Assembly: GCA_903873415.1 (NCBI GenBank)
Contig: CAIQOK010000067.1
Location: 13,967-77,966, forward strand
Reading direction: 5' to 3'
Length of the DNA stretch: 64,000 bases
Origin: an uncultured Verrucomicrobiota bacterium
GTDB taxonomy: Bacteria; Verrucomicrobiota; Verrucomicrobiia; Limisphaerales; CAIQOK01
The notes under the pieces are model-generated. The model worked only from the letters and a program-made list of their open reading frames with translations. It made no database searches and was not told the DNA's origin. Positions 9,859 through 19,130 of this stretch are shown here, in pieces. Position numbers and translations under genes: made by a program. Each line of letters starts with the position of its first letter. Positions within the stretch are counted from its first letter, which is position 1.

Positions 9859-10190
9859 GACTTAGCCGAAAACGCTCACCGGCGAAAGAAATTATTCCAT
9901 CTATTCGGCCGGCGGCTGATCTTATGCTCTTATGATTTTGTGGTGCAAAACCCCGTGAATCCAGCCAAGGCCGGGCCCGGCGGGTTCCTGTGTGATTTGC
10001 GCAGGGGCCCATTGCGAAACCGAAGTGCGGCGGGGATTGGAGGCATACCCCGGGCCCGAAAAAACCCTGAAAGTGGGACTGGCAACCGCACGGGGCGGGC
10101 TGCTATAACTCAGGCGCAGCAACTGTCCCGGCCTAAACCATTTCCAGCACAGTGCCTGAACCGGTCCGGACAAAGCGGCTCAAAACCTAT

Positions 10191-12068
10191 ATGCACTTGA
10201 AATTAATCGATTGGGTGATCGTGACGGTCAGCGTCCTCATCTGCTTTGTCCCCGCCCTTTTCTTTGGCAAGCGGGCCGGAAAGAGCACGTCGGAATTTTT
10301 CGCATCCGGCCGCTCGGTGCCTTGGTGGTTGGCGGGCCTCTCAATGGTGGCCACCACATTCAGCAGCGACACCCCCAATTGGGTCACCGAACAGGTCCGG
10401 AAATTCGGGGTGGCGGGCAACTGGCAATGGTGGGCTTTCGTGCTGACGGGCGTGTCCACGGTGTTTTTCTTCGCCCGGCTTTGGCGCCGCTCGGGCGTGA
10501 TGACCGATCTGGAATTCTACGAAATCCGCTACTCAGGCAAGGCCGCTTCGCTGGTGCGCGGGTTTCGCGCCATCTATCTGGGCCTCTTCTTCAACTGCTT
10601 CATCATGGGCATGGTGACTTTGGCCGGATGCAAAATCGCCAACATCCTCTTCGGCATGCCGCCCTGGCAAACCATTCTCTTCTGCGGCCTGTTCAATGTC
10701 GTCTTCGCCGCCCACTCCGGATTATGGGGTGTGCTGGTCATCGACATGGTGCAGTTCTTCATCAAGATGACGGCCGTGGTGGCGGCAGCCTACTTCGGGC
10801 TGAAGGAAGTGGCCCACAAGACGGGCGTGGGGGACAGCGCGTTTGCCGGCCTCAAACAACTGGTTGCCACCCTGGGCACCCGGCAGGTCAACCTCCTCAA
10901 CGATGGCACCCCGGTCATGTCCGCCATCAACGGCATGGGCCAGCCGGTGCTGGACATCCTGCCCAACTTCTCGCTCGACCTGGCGCTGATGATCTTTCTG
11001 GTCCCCATCGCCATCGGCTGGTGGGCCAACTGGTATCCGGGGGCCGAACCGGGCGGCGGCAGCTACATCGCCCAGCGCATGCTGGCCTCCAAATCCGAGA
11101 AGGATTCCCTGGGCGGAACCCTCTTTTTCAACCTTGCTCATTACGTGCTGCGTCCCTGGCCTTGGATCATCACCGCCCTGTGTTCCATCATTATTTTCCC
11201 CGAATTGAAGGACATCCAGCTCGCCTTTCCGGAAGCGGACCCGAAACTCATCGGGCATGACAGTGCTTTTCCGGCCATGCTCAAGTTCCTGCCCACCGGG
11301 TTTGTCGGACTGATGGTCGGAGGCCTCATCGCCGCAAGTTCCTCGACGATCCTGACCCATCTCAATTGGGGTTCCTCATACCTGGTGCATGATTTCTACC
11401 GGCGCTTCATCTCGTCATCGGCCACTGAGCGGCATTATGTCAATGTGGGCCGGGCCTGCACAGTGGGGCTTTACATCGTGGCAGCCTTGCTCAGCCAAGT
11501 GATGAGCTCGGCGCAAGAGGCCTTTGAAATCCTGATTTCCATCGGCGCGGGCACCGGCCTGCTCTACCTGCTTCGCTGGTTCTGGTGGCGGATCAACGCC
11601 TGGTGCGAGGTGGTGGCGATGGTGAGTTCCTTTGCAATTTCGGTGACGTTTTTCGTGATGAAAAAAACCGGACACCCGCTCCCCTTCGCCCAAACGGTGA
11701 TCGGCTCGGTCGTCTTCACCACAATCTGCTGGGTGATTACCGCCTTCGTGTCCGCACCGACGCAACGGGAGAAGCTGGTGGCGTTCTACAGAAAAGTGCA
11801 TCCCGCCGGTCCGGGGTGGAGCAAAGTGCGCCAAGATGCCGGGGTGACGGAGGCCGAGGCGGCACAACACGGCGATCACATGGGCATGGCCACTGTCGGC
11901 TGGATTTCCGGCTGCGCCGTCATCTGGTCTTCGCTCTTTGCCATCGGCAACTTTCTCTACGGCCGGACCCAGTCGGCCCTGATTCTTTCGGGGGTGTTTG
12001 TGGTCAGCGGAACCGTCCTCCTTTACGTCGTCAACCACCTCTGGGACCGCAAGCCCAACCAACCCTGA
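10191..12068 (+). CDS. Sodium:solute symporter family transporter
   Basis: MHLKLIDWVIVTVSVLICF...GKSTSEFFASGRSVPWWLAGLSMVATTFSSDTP is a typical SSF N-terminus. Many hydrophobic segments run throughout. ATG at 10191. Confidence 0.9.
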   Translation: MHLKLIDWVIVTVSVLICFVPALFFGKRAGKSTSEFFASGRSVPWWLAGLSMVATTFSSDTPNWVTEQVRKFGVAGNWQWWAFVLTGVSTVFFFARLWRRSGVMTDLEFYEIRYSGKAASLVRGFRAIYLGLFFNCFIMGMVTLAGCKIANILFGMPPWQTILFCGLFNVVFAAHSGLWGVLVIDMVQFFIKMTAVVAAAYFGLKEVAHKTGVGDSAFAGLKQLVATLGTRQVNLLNDGTPVMSAINGMGQPVLDILPNFSLDLALMIFLVPIAIGWWANWYPGAEPGGGSYIAQRMLASKSEKDSLGGTLFFNLAHYVLRPWPWIITALCSIIIFPELKDIQLAFPEADPKLIGHDSAFPAMLKFLPTGFVGLMVGGLIAASSSTILTHLNWGSSYLVHDFYRRFISSSATERHYVNVGRACTVGLYIVAALLSQVMSSAQEAFEILISIGAGTGLLYLLRWFWWRINAWCEVVAMVSSFAISVTFFVMKKTGHPLPFAQTVIGSVVFTTICWVITAFVSAPTQREKLVAFYRKVHPAGPGWSKVRQDAGVTEAEAAQHGDHMGMATVGWISGCAVIWSSLFAIGNFLYGRTQSALILSGVFVVSGTVLLYVVNHLWDRKPNQP

Positions 12069-12072
12069 AGCG

Positions 12073-13161
12073 ATGATGCAAGCGAAACACGACATCCGCG
12101 CCGTGGTGCGGCAGTTTCATATTGCGGGTGAATTTCTCAGCGCCCAGCCTTACGGGACGGGCCACATCAACGACACCTACTGCGCGCTTTTCAATCAAGG
12201 CGGCACCCAGGTTCGCTACCTCTTCCAGCGGATTAACCATCAGGTGTTCAAGCAACCGTTGGCATTGATGGAGAATGTGGAAAGGGTCACGTCGCATCTG
12301 GCTGGCAAGGCGGCGGCCGGACCGGATCCCAGCCGGCGTGTTCTGACATTGATTCCAGCCCGGAGCGGGGCGGGATATTTCACCGACTCCGCCGGAGAGG
12401 TCTGGCGCTGATATATCTTCATTGAAGGCGCTCGCGGCTACGATGCAGTGGAGACCCCGCAGCAGGCAGAAGCCGCAGCCCGAGCGTTCGGTCAATTCCA
12501 GAAACTGCTCTCGGATTTGCCCGCACCGCGCCTGCACGACACCATTCAAGACTTCCACCACACCCCAAAGCGATTCACCGCACTGGAACAGGCCATTGCA
12601 CTCGACGCAGCGAACCGGGCGTCCCTGGCAAAACCGGAGATAGCCTTCGCCCTGCGCCACAAGGCCATGTGCAGCACCCTGCTTGGTGCCGGCCTGCCGG
12701 AACGCGTCACGCACAACGACACCAAATTCAACAACGTCCTGCTGGATGATGCCACCGGCGAGGGGATGTGCGTGATTGATTTGGACACGGTGATGCCCGG
12801 ACTGGCGCTCTATGATTTCGGGGACATGGTGCGGACGGCTACCAGCCCGACGAAGGAGGACGAGTGCAATCTGGCTCTGGTGCGAATGCAGTTTCCCATG
12901 TTCAAGGCTCTGGCCCGGGGTTATCTCTCCAGCGCAGGGGAATTCCTCACCCCGGCCGAGAAATCCTTTCTTCCCTTCGCCGGCAAGCTCATCACCTTCG
13001 AAATCGGGATCCGGTTCCTGACGGATTTCCTGACCGGAGACAATTATTTCAAGGTGCACCGCAACGGCCACAATCTGGACCGTTGCCGCACCCAGTTTAA
13101 ACTGGTGGAATCCATCGAGGAACAGGAAGAGGCGATGAACAAACTTGTGGAAGGATTGTGA
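12073..13161 (+). pseudogene. N-acetylhexosamine 1-kinase-like (NahK/LnpB-type, APH fold) gene interrupted by one in-frame TGA at 12409..12411
   Basis: Track ORFs 11998..12411 and 12448..13161 are in the same frame. Reading through gives ...GEVWR*YIFIEGARGYDAVETPQQA..., colinear with NahK (remembered ...GAWRVYKFIEHT...). Kinase motifs are present (YGTGHINDTY, VTHNDTKFNNVLLD, IDLDTVMPGLALYDFGD). ATG 12073 lies 4 nt after the transporter stop. Confidence 0.8.
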
Positions 13162-13982
13162 TGACGGCCCGGCTACCGCGACGCGACGCCCTGAAAGAGA
13201 TCAGTGCGGCGGCCCTCCTGGCATTGGGCCTATGGCCCGGCAGCCTGCACGCCGGGATTTTCAACCGCCACCGCGACTTTAAATACATCGTCGTCAACGA
13301 CCTTCACTATCTGGATGACGAATGCGGGCGCTGGCTCGAAGGTGTGGTTCGACAAATGCGCGGCGCCCAAGCCGAGCTTTGCCTGGTGGTGGGGGATCTC
13401 TCCGATTCCGCCCGGCGCAGCGATCTGGGTGCCACGAATGAAATCCTCAAGGGCCTGGGCATTCCGTTTTATCCGGTCATCGGCAATCACGACCACCTCA
13501 CCCAAACCGACCGCAGCTCCTATGAGGACGTGTTTGCATCAAGGCTTAATTATCATTTCGAACATCGGGGATGGCGGTTCATCGGGCTGGATTCCTGTGA
13601 CGGGCAGAAGGCGAGCAAGACCACGGTGTCGTCAGAAACACTTTCCTGGCTGGACAACCAACTGCCGCGGCTGGAGAAACGCCAGCCCACAGTCCTGTTC
13701 ACCCACTTCCCCCTGGGAGCGGGGGTGAAGTATCGCCCTAGAAATGCCGATGCCGTATTGGAGAGATTCCGCGAATTCAACCTTCAGGCTGTCTATAATG
13801 GACACTTTCACGGCTTCACCGAGAGCCGGGCCGGGAAAACCATTTTGACCACCAACCGCTGCTGCGCCCTGAAGCGTAACAACCACGACGGGACCAAGGA
13901 AAAGGGCTATTTCATTTGCAGCGTCACCAACGGAATCCTCCGGCGCGAGTTCGTCCAATACCCCGTCCCCGCTCCAACCTGA
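13158..13982 (+). CDS. Tat/Sec-exported calcineurin-like metallophosphoesterase
   Basis: N-terminus MMTARLPRRDALKEISAAALLALGLWPGSLHA (RR signal). Metallophosphoesterase motifs are VVNDLHY, VVGDLSD and GNHDH. The start overlaps the upstream stop (GTGATGA). Confidence 0.85.
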   Translation: MMTARLPRRDALKEISAAALLALGLWPGSLHAGIFNRHRDFKYIVVNDLHYLDDECGRWLEGVVRQMRGAQAELCLVVGDLSDSARRSDLGATNEILKGLGIPFYPVIGNHDHLTQTDRSSYEDVFASRLNYHFEHRGWRFIGLDSCDGQKASKTTVSSETLSWLDNQLPRLEKRQPTVLFTHFPLGAGVKYRPRNADAVLERFREFNLQAVYNGHFHGFTESRAGKTILTTNRCCALKRNNHDGTKEKGYFICSVTNGILRREFVQYPVPAPT

Positions 13983-13990
13983 CCACACCC

Positions 13991-14905
13991 ATGCGAATTC
14001 TTATCACCGGCGCCGCCGGATTCATCGGAAGCCACCTCGTGGAGCATTTCCAAGGCTCTGCAGAAATCCGGGTGCTGGACAACCTGCGCTCGGGACACCG
14101 GCGCAACCTGGCCCCGTTCAAACACGAGTTCTTCGAGGCTTCTATCCTTGACCGCGACGCCGTGCGCAGGGCTGTGGACGGGGTGGACTATGTTTTCCAC
14201 CTGGCGGCGATGATCAGTGTGCCGGAATCCATGAGCAAGCCCGTGGAATGCAATGAAATCAACACCACCGGCACGCTGGTGGTGTTGGAGGAGGCGGCGC
14301 GGGCCGGGGTGAAAAAGCTGATCCTGAGCAGTTCCGCTGCGATTTATGGCGACAACCCCGTGGTGCCCAAGGTGGAGATCATGCCGCCCGAACCCAAAAG
14401 TCCTTACGCCATCACCAAGCTGGACGGGGAGTTTTATTGCAAGATGTTCGCCGACACCGGCCGACTGCAGACGGCCTGCCTGCGCTACTTCAATGTGTTC
14501 GGCCCGCGCCAGGACCCTAAAAGTCAGTATGCCGCCGCCGTGCCTATTTTTCTCGAACGAGCGATCAAGCAGCTGCCCATCACGATTTACGGGGACGGCG
14601 AACAAACGCGCGACTTCATCTATGTGAAAGACATCGTGGCAGCCAATGTGTTTTTCGCCGCCCATTCCCCCGCCACCGGCGTCTTCAATGTCGCCTACGG
14701 CCAGCGCATCACCATCCGCGAACTGGCACGGGAGATCTGCGCCATCACCGGATCGAAGTCGGAGATCCTCTTTGCCCCGGAGCGGGCGGGGGATGTGAGG
14801 CATTCACTGGCGGATGTCGGCAAGCTGCGGGCGGCGGGCTTTGAGCCGGCGGGCAGCATATCGGCCGGGCTACGGGCGACGGTGGCGGGCTTAATCGGCC
14901 CTTAA
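13991..14905 (+). CDS. NAD-dependent epimerase/dehydratase (UDP-hexose or UDP-HexNAc 4-epimerase-like, extended SDR)
   Basis: MRILITGAAGFIGSHL (GxxGxxG), SPYAITK (YxxxK), DGEQTRDFIYVKD. ATG at 13991, 8 nt after the upstream stop. Confidence 0.9.
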   Translation: MRILITGAAGFIGSHLVEHFQGSAEIRVLDNLRSGHRRNLAPFKHEFFEASILDRDAVRRAVDGVDYVFHLAAMISVPESMSKPVECNEINTTGTLVVLEEAARAGVKKLILSSSAAIYGDNPVVPKVEIMPPEPKSPYAITKLDGEFYCKMFADTGRLQTACLRYFNVFGPRQDPKSQYAAAVPIFLERAIKQLPITIYGDGEQTRDFIYVKDIVAANVFFAAHSPATGVFNVAYGQRITIRELAREICAITGSKSEILFAPERAGDVRHSLADVGKLRAAGFEPAGSISAGLRATVAGLIGP

Positions 14906-16483
14906 CCGGGAATTGTCCGCCACAAATTTGTTCCAAAGTCCCCGCTCGACATAAAGTTCCATGAACACTCCGCCCCGCAGCTCATAAAGCCCTGTCATCA
15001 GCCATGCCTTGTTGGACTTCTCGTCCAGCGCGGCTCCAAGCCGGGTGGAGACAAGGACAATAGGAGCGTAGGGATCCTGGGGTAATTGCTCCCACCACCC
15101 CACCTGTTTGTAGGCGCGCATATACCAAGGCAAAGGCCAGTAACTGTCGGGTGAAACCACCTTCACGACCGTGTCATGCCCGGCATTTGAAAAACGGGTG
15201 ATCGCCTCCACCTGTTCCACAAGTTCGCGACAGCCTTGAGCTGTCTGGGAATAGACATAAGGGTTTCGCGGGTTGGCACATTGTTCCACCGAAACCATCC
15301 GGGCCTGCCATGCCAGATGCCCGGCGCCAAGCACCATGCCAAAAAAGAGAAGAACCCTCAGCCACCGCGTCCGGCACAACCGCATCAGGCTGGCTGCTCC
15401 CAAGCCGGCCAAGAGAATCATTCCCAGCCAGAAATTCAACAGGCACCAGGTGGTCTTGTAGGAAATAAAACTGTAAAGAGCAGTCAGGCAGAGGGTGTGG
15501 ACCGCCAGAAACCGGGCCAGGCCCGGATGAAAACCCCAGACCCGGCGGTTGGAAAACGAAGCCACACAGCCCCCAACGGCCAGAACCAGAATCAGTGCCT
15601 CACTGCGCAGGGTGCCGCGCACAGGATGAAACCAGATCAAGCGCTCCAAATAAAAACCCCATGAGTGCAGGTGCGGCGAAGCCCCCGCAGCGCGATGAAA
15701 CCAAGGCCGGAAGGTTTTAAAGGAGTCGAGCAACCCCCCGGGATTTGTGCCGAAAGAGGTGAAGAAAATTTCGGCCACCACAAAAGCCGCCACCAGGGCC
15801 AAAGCGCCATGACGCAGAAATCTTCCACCCCAGACGTGAACACCAACGATGCCCTCAGAGGAGGCCTTTCCACCTGCAAGAGCCGGGCTGCGGTCATCCC
15901 AGAATCTGCAAACCAACAAAGCCGGTCCGGCCGCCGCCAAAGAGAGAACAAAAGTCTCTTTCGTAGCCCCCATCAAACCCAGCCCGCACCCGGCCAGCAA
16001 AGCCCAACCCGGATGCGGTGACCGCAGGTAGCGCCATGCTGAAACCAAGGTGAGCAGGGTGAAAAAAACCAAGGGCATTTCATGGATGAAATAGCGGCTG
16101 TAAAAAACCTGGGCAGGAGAAACGGCTAGAAACAGCCCGGCCCAAATGCAGGCAGCAAAACCCAATCCATCCGTCAGGAACATCAGTAAGAGGACCAGAG
16201 CTGTGCCGCAGGCCACAGTGACCCAGCGCAATTCGGAATCCGTCAGGTCCGCCTGGGTTTTGGCCGGGCTCAGCCAGAGAAAGGGAAGAGAAAGGTAATG
16301 AAGAGTGGGGCCGTGATATTCGTCGGGGTCGTAGCGGTAGATGCCCGACTCCCAGAGCGTGGCGAGCTTGCTCGCATTGACCGCCTCGTCATTGTGAAGC
16401 GGGCGCACCCCGAGTTGGGGGGCGCGCAGGACCAGAGCCACCGCCAGCAGCAGCAGCCAGACCCATGCGCGCCCACAACTCAT
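14891..16483 (-). CDS. GT-C fold membrane glycosyltransferase-like protein (ArnT/PMT-related, resembles the TIGR03663-type family)
   Basis: Polytopic membrane protein. It has an early loop motif PLHNDEAVNA and YDPDEYHGPTLHYLSLP. ATG 16483 overlaps the TGA of the upstream gene (ATGA). The 3' end overlaps the convergent epimerase gene by 15 nt. Confidence 0.8.
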   Translation of the reverse strand: MSCGRAWVWLLLLAVALVLRAPQLGVRPLHNDEAVNASKLATLWESGIYRYDPDEYHGPTLHYLSLPFLWLSPAKTQADLTDSELRWVTVACGTALVLLLMFLTDGLGFAACIWAGLFLAVSPAQVFYSRYFIHEMPLVFFTLLTLVSAWRYLRSPHPGWALLAGCGLGLMGATKETFVLSLAAAGPALLVCRFWDDRSPALAGGKASSEGIVGVHVWGGRFLRHGALALVAAFVVAEIFFTSFGTNPGGLLDSFKTFRPWFHRAAGASPHLHSWGFYLERLIWFHPVRGTLRSEALILVLAVGGCVASFSNRRVWGFHPGLARFLAVHTLCLTALYSFISYKTTWCLLNFWLGMILLAGLGAASLMRLCRTRWLRVLLFFGMVLGAGHLAWQARMVSVEQCANPRNPYVYSQTAQGCRELVEQVEAITRFSNAGHDTVVKVVSPDSYWPLPWYMRAYKQVGWWEQLPQDPYAPIVLVSTRLGAALDEKSNKAWLMTGLYELRGGVFMELYVERGLWNKFVADNSRLRAD

Positions 16484-17172
16484 TGGCCGGGGATTGCGTA
16501 AACTTCCAGTTCCTGCCAGCAATTCAAGGCGCTGAGATTACTTCCCTTGGTATAGCCGCGGACATAGCGGGCTTTGACACCCTTGGCATCCACCGACCGG
16601 CCCCAGTGGCGCTCGAAGTACTCACGGTCCGTGCCGGCACCCAGCCCGGCGGCGTTCTGCATGTCGTTATTGTAGAGCGTGGTCACTCCAACCTTGAATT
16701 CCGGATCATCCGAGACCTGGACGATCACCCCATGCATAACTTGGATGTAACGATGATCATGCCACATGGCAATAGCCTGGATCGGGAGGGATGCGCCCAG
16801 ATCGACCTGCACCCACTGGGCACCCTTCTTCATCTCAATGGTGTCGTAGTCGTAGGCTTCCTTCTTGCCGTCAGTCAACTGGTTGAGTTCGCCGGTAAAC
16901 GGCTTGACACTGCTCGTCACGGGCTTGCCGAGGGCGACATTCTTGACCCCCTTGAGCACCCGCAAGGCGGCAGGCGCCTTGTCCGTGTTGGGTTCGATGG
17001 TCGCCCCGCCGGGCAATTCCGTCGGCGTCCCCTTTAAGGTGGGCGAAGGCAGCTTGAGCGGCAGGGCCTCTGTGGCCCCCGACGATTGCGCCATTGCCCG
17101 ATCCGCCGAAAGCGCCGCTCCAAGCAGCAGCCCCAGCACCAACCCATGAAGGGATCTCAGGTTTGACATCAT
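16480..17172 (-). CDS. Secreted F5/8 type C (discoidin, CBM32-like) domain protein
   Basis: Signal peptide MMSNLRSLHGLVLGLLLGAALSADRAMA. Discoidin pattern NVALGKPVTSS...LTDG...WVQVDLG...IVQVSDD...ARYVR. ATG ATG at 17172. Confidence 0.8.
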   Translation of the reverse strand: MMSNLRSLHGLVLGLLLGAALSADRAMAQSSGATEALPLKLPSPTLKGTPTELPGGATIEPNTDKAPAALRVLKGVKNVALGKPVTSSVKPFTGELNQLTDGKKEAYDYDTIEMKKGAQWVQVDLGASLPIQAIAMWHDHRYIQVMHGVIVQVSDDPEFKVGVTTLYNNDMQNAAGLGAGTDREYFERHWGRSVDAKGVKARYVRGYTKGSNLSALNCWQELEVYAIPGQ

Positions 17173-17191
17173 AGCAGCAAGTCTACGGATT

Positions 17192-18574
17192 TCAGGACAG
17201 CGGAAGCGTGCCGTAAGTGATGGCTTGGATTTCCTTGCCTTCACCGTTGGTGATCTTGCGGCTCTTCTCGTCGAAGAGGCAGGTCATGTTGAGGCGCTGG
17301 GACATTTCGGCCAACGAAATGACCGTCTGCACACGGATGGCCAGATCGATATTCGCGTTGGGCGCCTTGCCGGTGCGGATGCACTCAAACCAGTTCTTCT
17401 CGTGAACCCGGATGTCTTCGGGCTGCAGTCCGGTGAGGGTCAACGGATCAATGTCTTCGGACCACTCCTTCTCGGGCACCAGCTCCACGCGCTCGCCGCT
17501 GCTGCCAATGTTCAACGTGGCCTTGTGGCCGTAGACGGTGAACCCTGGGCTCTTCGCGTTCACGCTGCTGCAGGTGATGGTAATCATGTAGCCGCTGGGG
17601 AATTCCGCCAGCAACTGGATATGCTCCATCACGTCGCGTTCCGTTTGGCCTTTGACCTGAAGATCGGCATGCACGTTCTTGGTGCCGATGCTCGTGACGC
17701 GCACGGGGAACTCCGGGTTGCCCGAGGCCAGCATGAGGGGGTGCAAGCGGTGCGGAACCAAGTCGCCCAGCAATCCGGCGCAGTAGGGGAAATACTTCCG
17801 CCAGCGGTGGAAATGCTCCGGGGTGAAGGGAACCTTCTTGTTCACCGGCCCGAGCCAGCGGTTCCAATCAATGTTCTCCGGCTTGGATTCGTCTTCGATA
17901 GGGTAGTTCCATTCGCCCCCGATGCTGTTGCGGCAGTAGAAGCCCTGCGCCCAGACAAGCTGGCCGATCTTACCCTCGCGCACCATCTGGCCGCACTTGT
18001 GCCAGCCGTCGGCCGAGGTGCCCTGCGAGCCGACCTGAAAAATCTTCCCGGTGCGCTTGACCGTGTCATAGACCTTGTACGCTTCGCCCAAATACCGGGA
18101 CATGGGCTTTTCGCAGTAGACATGCTTGCCGGCCTCCAAGGCGGCTATGGTGATGGGCGCGTGCATCGGATCATGCGTGGCCACGACCACGGCATCGATG
18201 TCTTTGCGCTCAAGGAGCTTCTCGTATTCAAGATAGATGTCTGAATTCTTGAGCTCGGCTTTGTCCTTGGCCCAGTCGCGCCGCTTGTTGAAGAGGTCAC
18301 TGGCGGCGCGCACCTGCACGTTGTTGGCCGCCGAGTTCATGTGGATGCCCTGCAAATGGTCTTTGCCGATGCCAAAGCCCACGCCGATACAACCGATGCC
18401 GATGCGGTCATTGGCGCCGATCACATTGCCGGCGGAAGGGGCCTGATTCTGGCCGTAGACCGGGGTTTTGAAAATGTTGCCCACGGCGACCGCTGCGGCC
18501 AGAGTGGAACTCTTTTTGATGAACTCCCGGCGCGTGCCGGGGCTGATCGGGGATGTTGGGTTGTCTTGGTTCAT
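17192..18574 (-). CDS. Tat-exported Gfo/Idh/MocA family oxidoreductase
   Basis: ATG 18574. MNQDNPTSPISPGTRREFIKKSSTLAAAVAVG is a twin-arginine signal, followed by Rossmann segment IGIGCIGVGFGIG and VYCEKPM. The 200-codon upstream extension of the track ORF is R/G-rich and rejected. Confidence 0.9.
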   Translation of the reverse strand: MNQDNPTSPISPGTRREFIKKSSTLAAAVAVGNIFKTPVYGQNQAPSAGNVIGANDRIGIGCIGVGFGIGKDHLQGIHMNSAANNVQVRAASDLFNKRRDWAKDKAELKNSDIYLEYEKLLERKDIDAVVVATHDPMHAPITIAALEAGKHVYCEKPMSRYLGEAYKVYDTVKRTGKIFQVGSQGTSADGWHKCGQMVREGKIGQLVWAQGFYCRNSIGGEWNYPIEDESKPENIDWNRWLGPVNKKVPFTPEHFHRWRKYFPYCAGLLGDLVPHRLHPLMLASGNPEFPVRVTSIGTKNVHADLQVKGQTERDVMEHIQLLAEFPSGYMITITCSSVNAKSPGFTVYGHKATLNIGSSGERVELVPEKEWSEDIDPLTLTGLQPEDIRVHEKNWFECIRTGKAPNANIDLAIRVQTVISLAEMSQRLNMTCLFDEKSRKITNGEGKEIQAITYGTLPLS

Positions 18575-19130
18575 AATGTGAATTTTAGTTTGAGGTTGCG
18601 CGCTCCTAAAGCCGGCGGTCAATTCAATCCGGCGCCGTTGCTGTAACGGGTCACGGTTCCACCGGAGTTGGCACGATGATTTGGCATCATTTGATTGAAC
18701 GCTTTCTGGCGTTAAAAAAACACGGGGGCCGCGAGAAAGCCAGAACATTTTCAAGACCGCCCGACTCAAATGTGTCAAAACCGCGCATCCCCCCCCGAGC
18801 CTCCGCGCACAGCTCCGATCCCCTATCCACCCCCGTATTACACGCATTTGAGTCGGAGCATCCGAAAAATGTAAGATTGACCCTGCCGCCGCCTCCCTGC
18901 ATAAATCAAGCTCATCGACATGCGCAAGACCGCCAACGACTTTCGTTTGGACACCCGACCGGCCGGACCCGCTCCGGCCGTCCCTGTCGCGGGCCCATCC
19001 CTGACGTTCATGCGCCAGGCTGCCAGCGGTTCTGACAGCCATAGAACCCGGATCTCCACATTGAAGGCGGCCGCACCCTTCGCCGCGTTCCACTAAACAT
19101 CCCAACAAACCAAATTCATAAACAACCACA

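Noticed and set aside
12409-12411. Selenocysteine or genome-wide TGA reassignment as an explanation for the in-frame TGA.
   Set aside because: TGA terminates several neighbouring genes normally. I see no SECIS-like hairpin just downstream. The homologous position in NahK is an ordinary aliphatic residue, not Cys/Sec.
14891-14905. 15-nt convergent 3' overlap of the epimerase and GT-C genes as a regulatory feature.
   Set aside because: Short convergent overlaps are common in compact genomes. There is no hairpin or other signal in the overlap.
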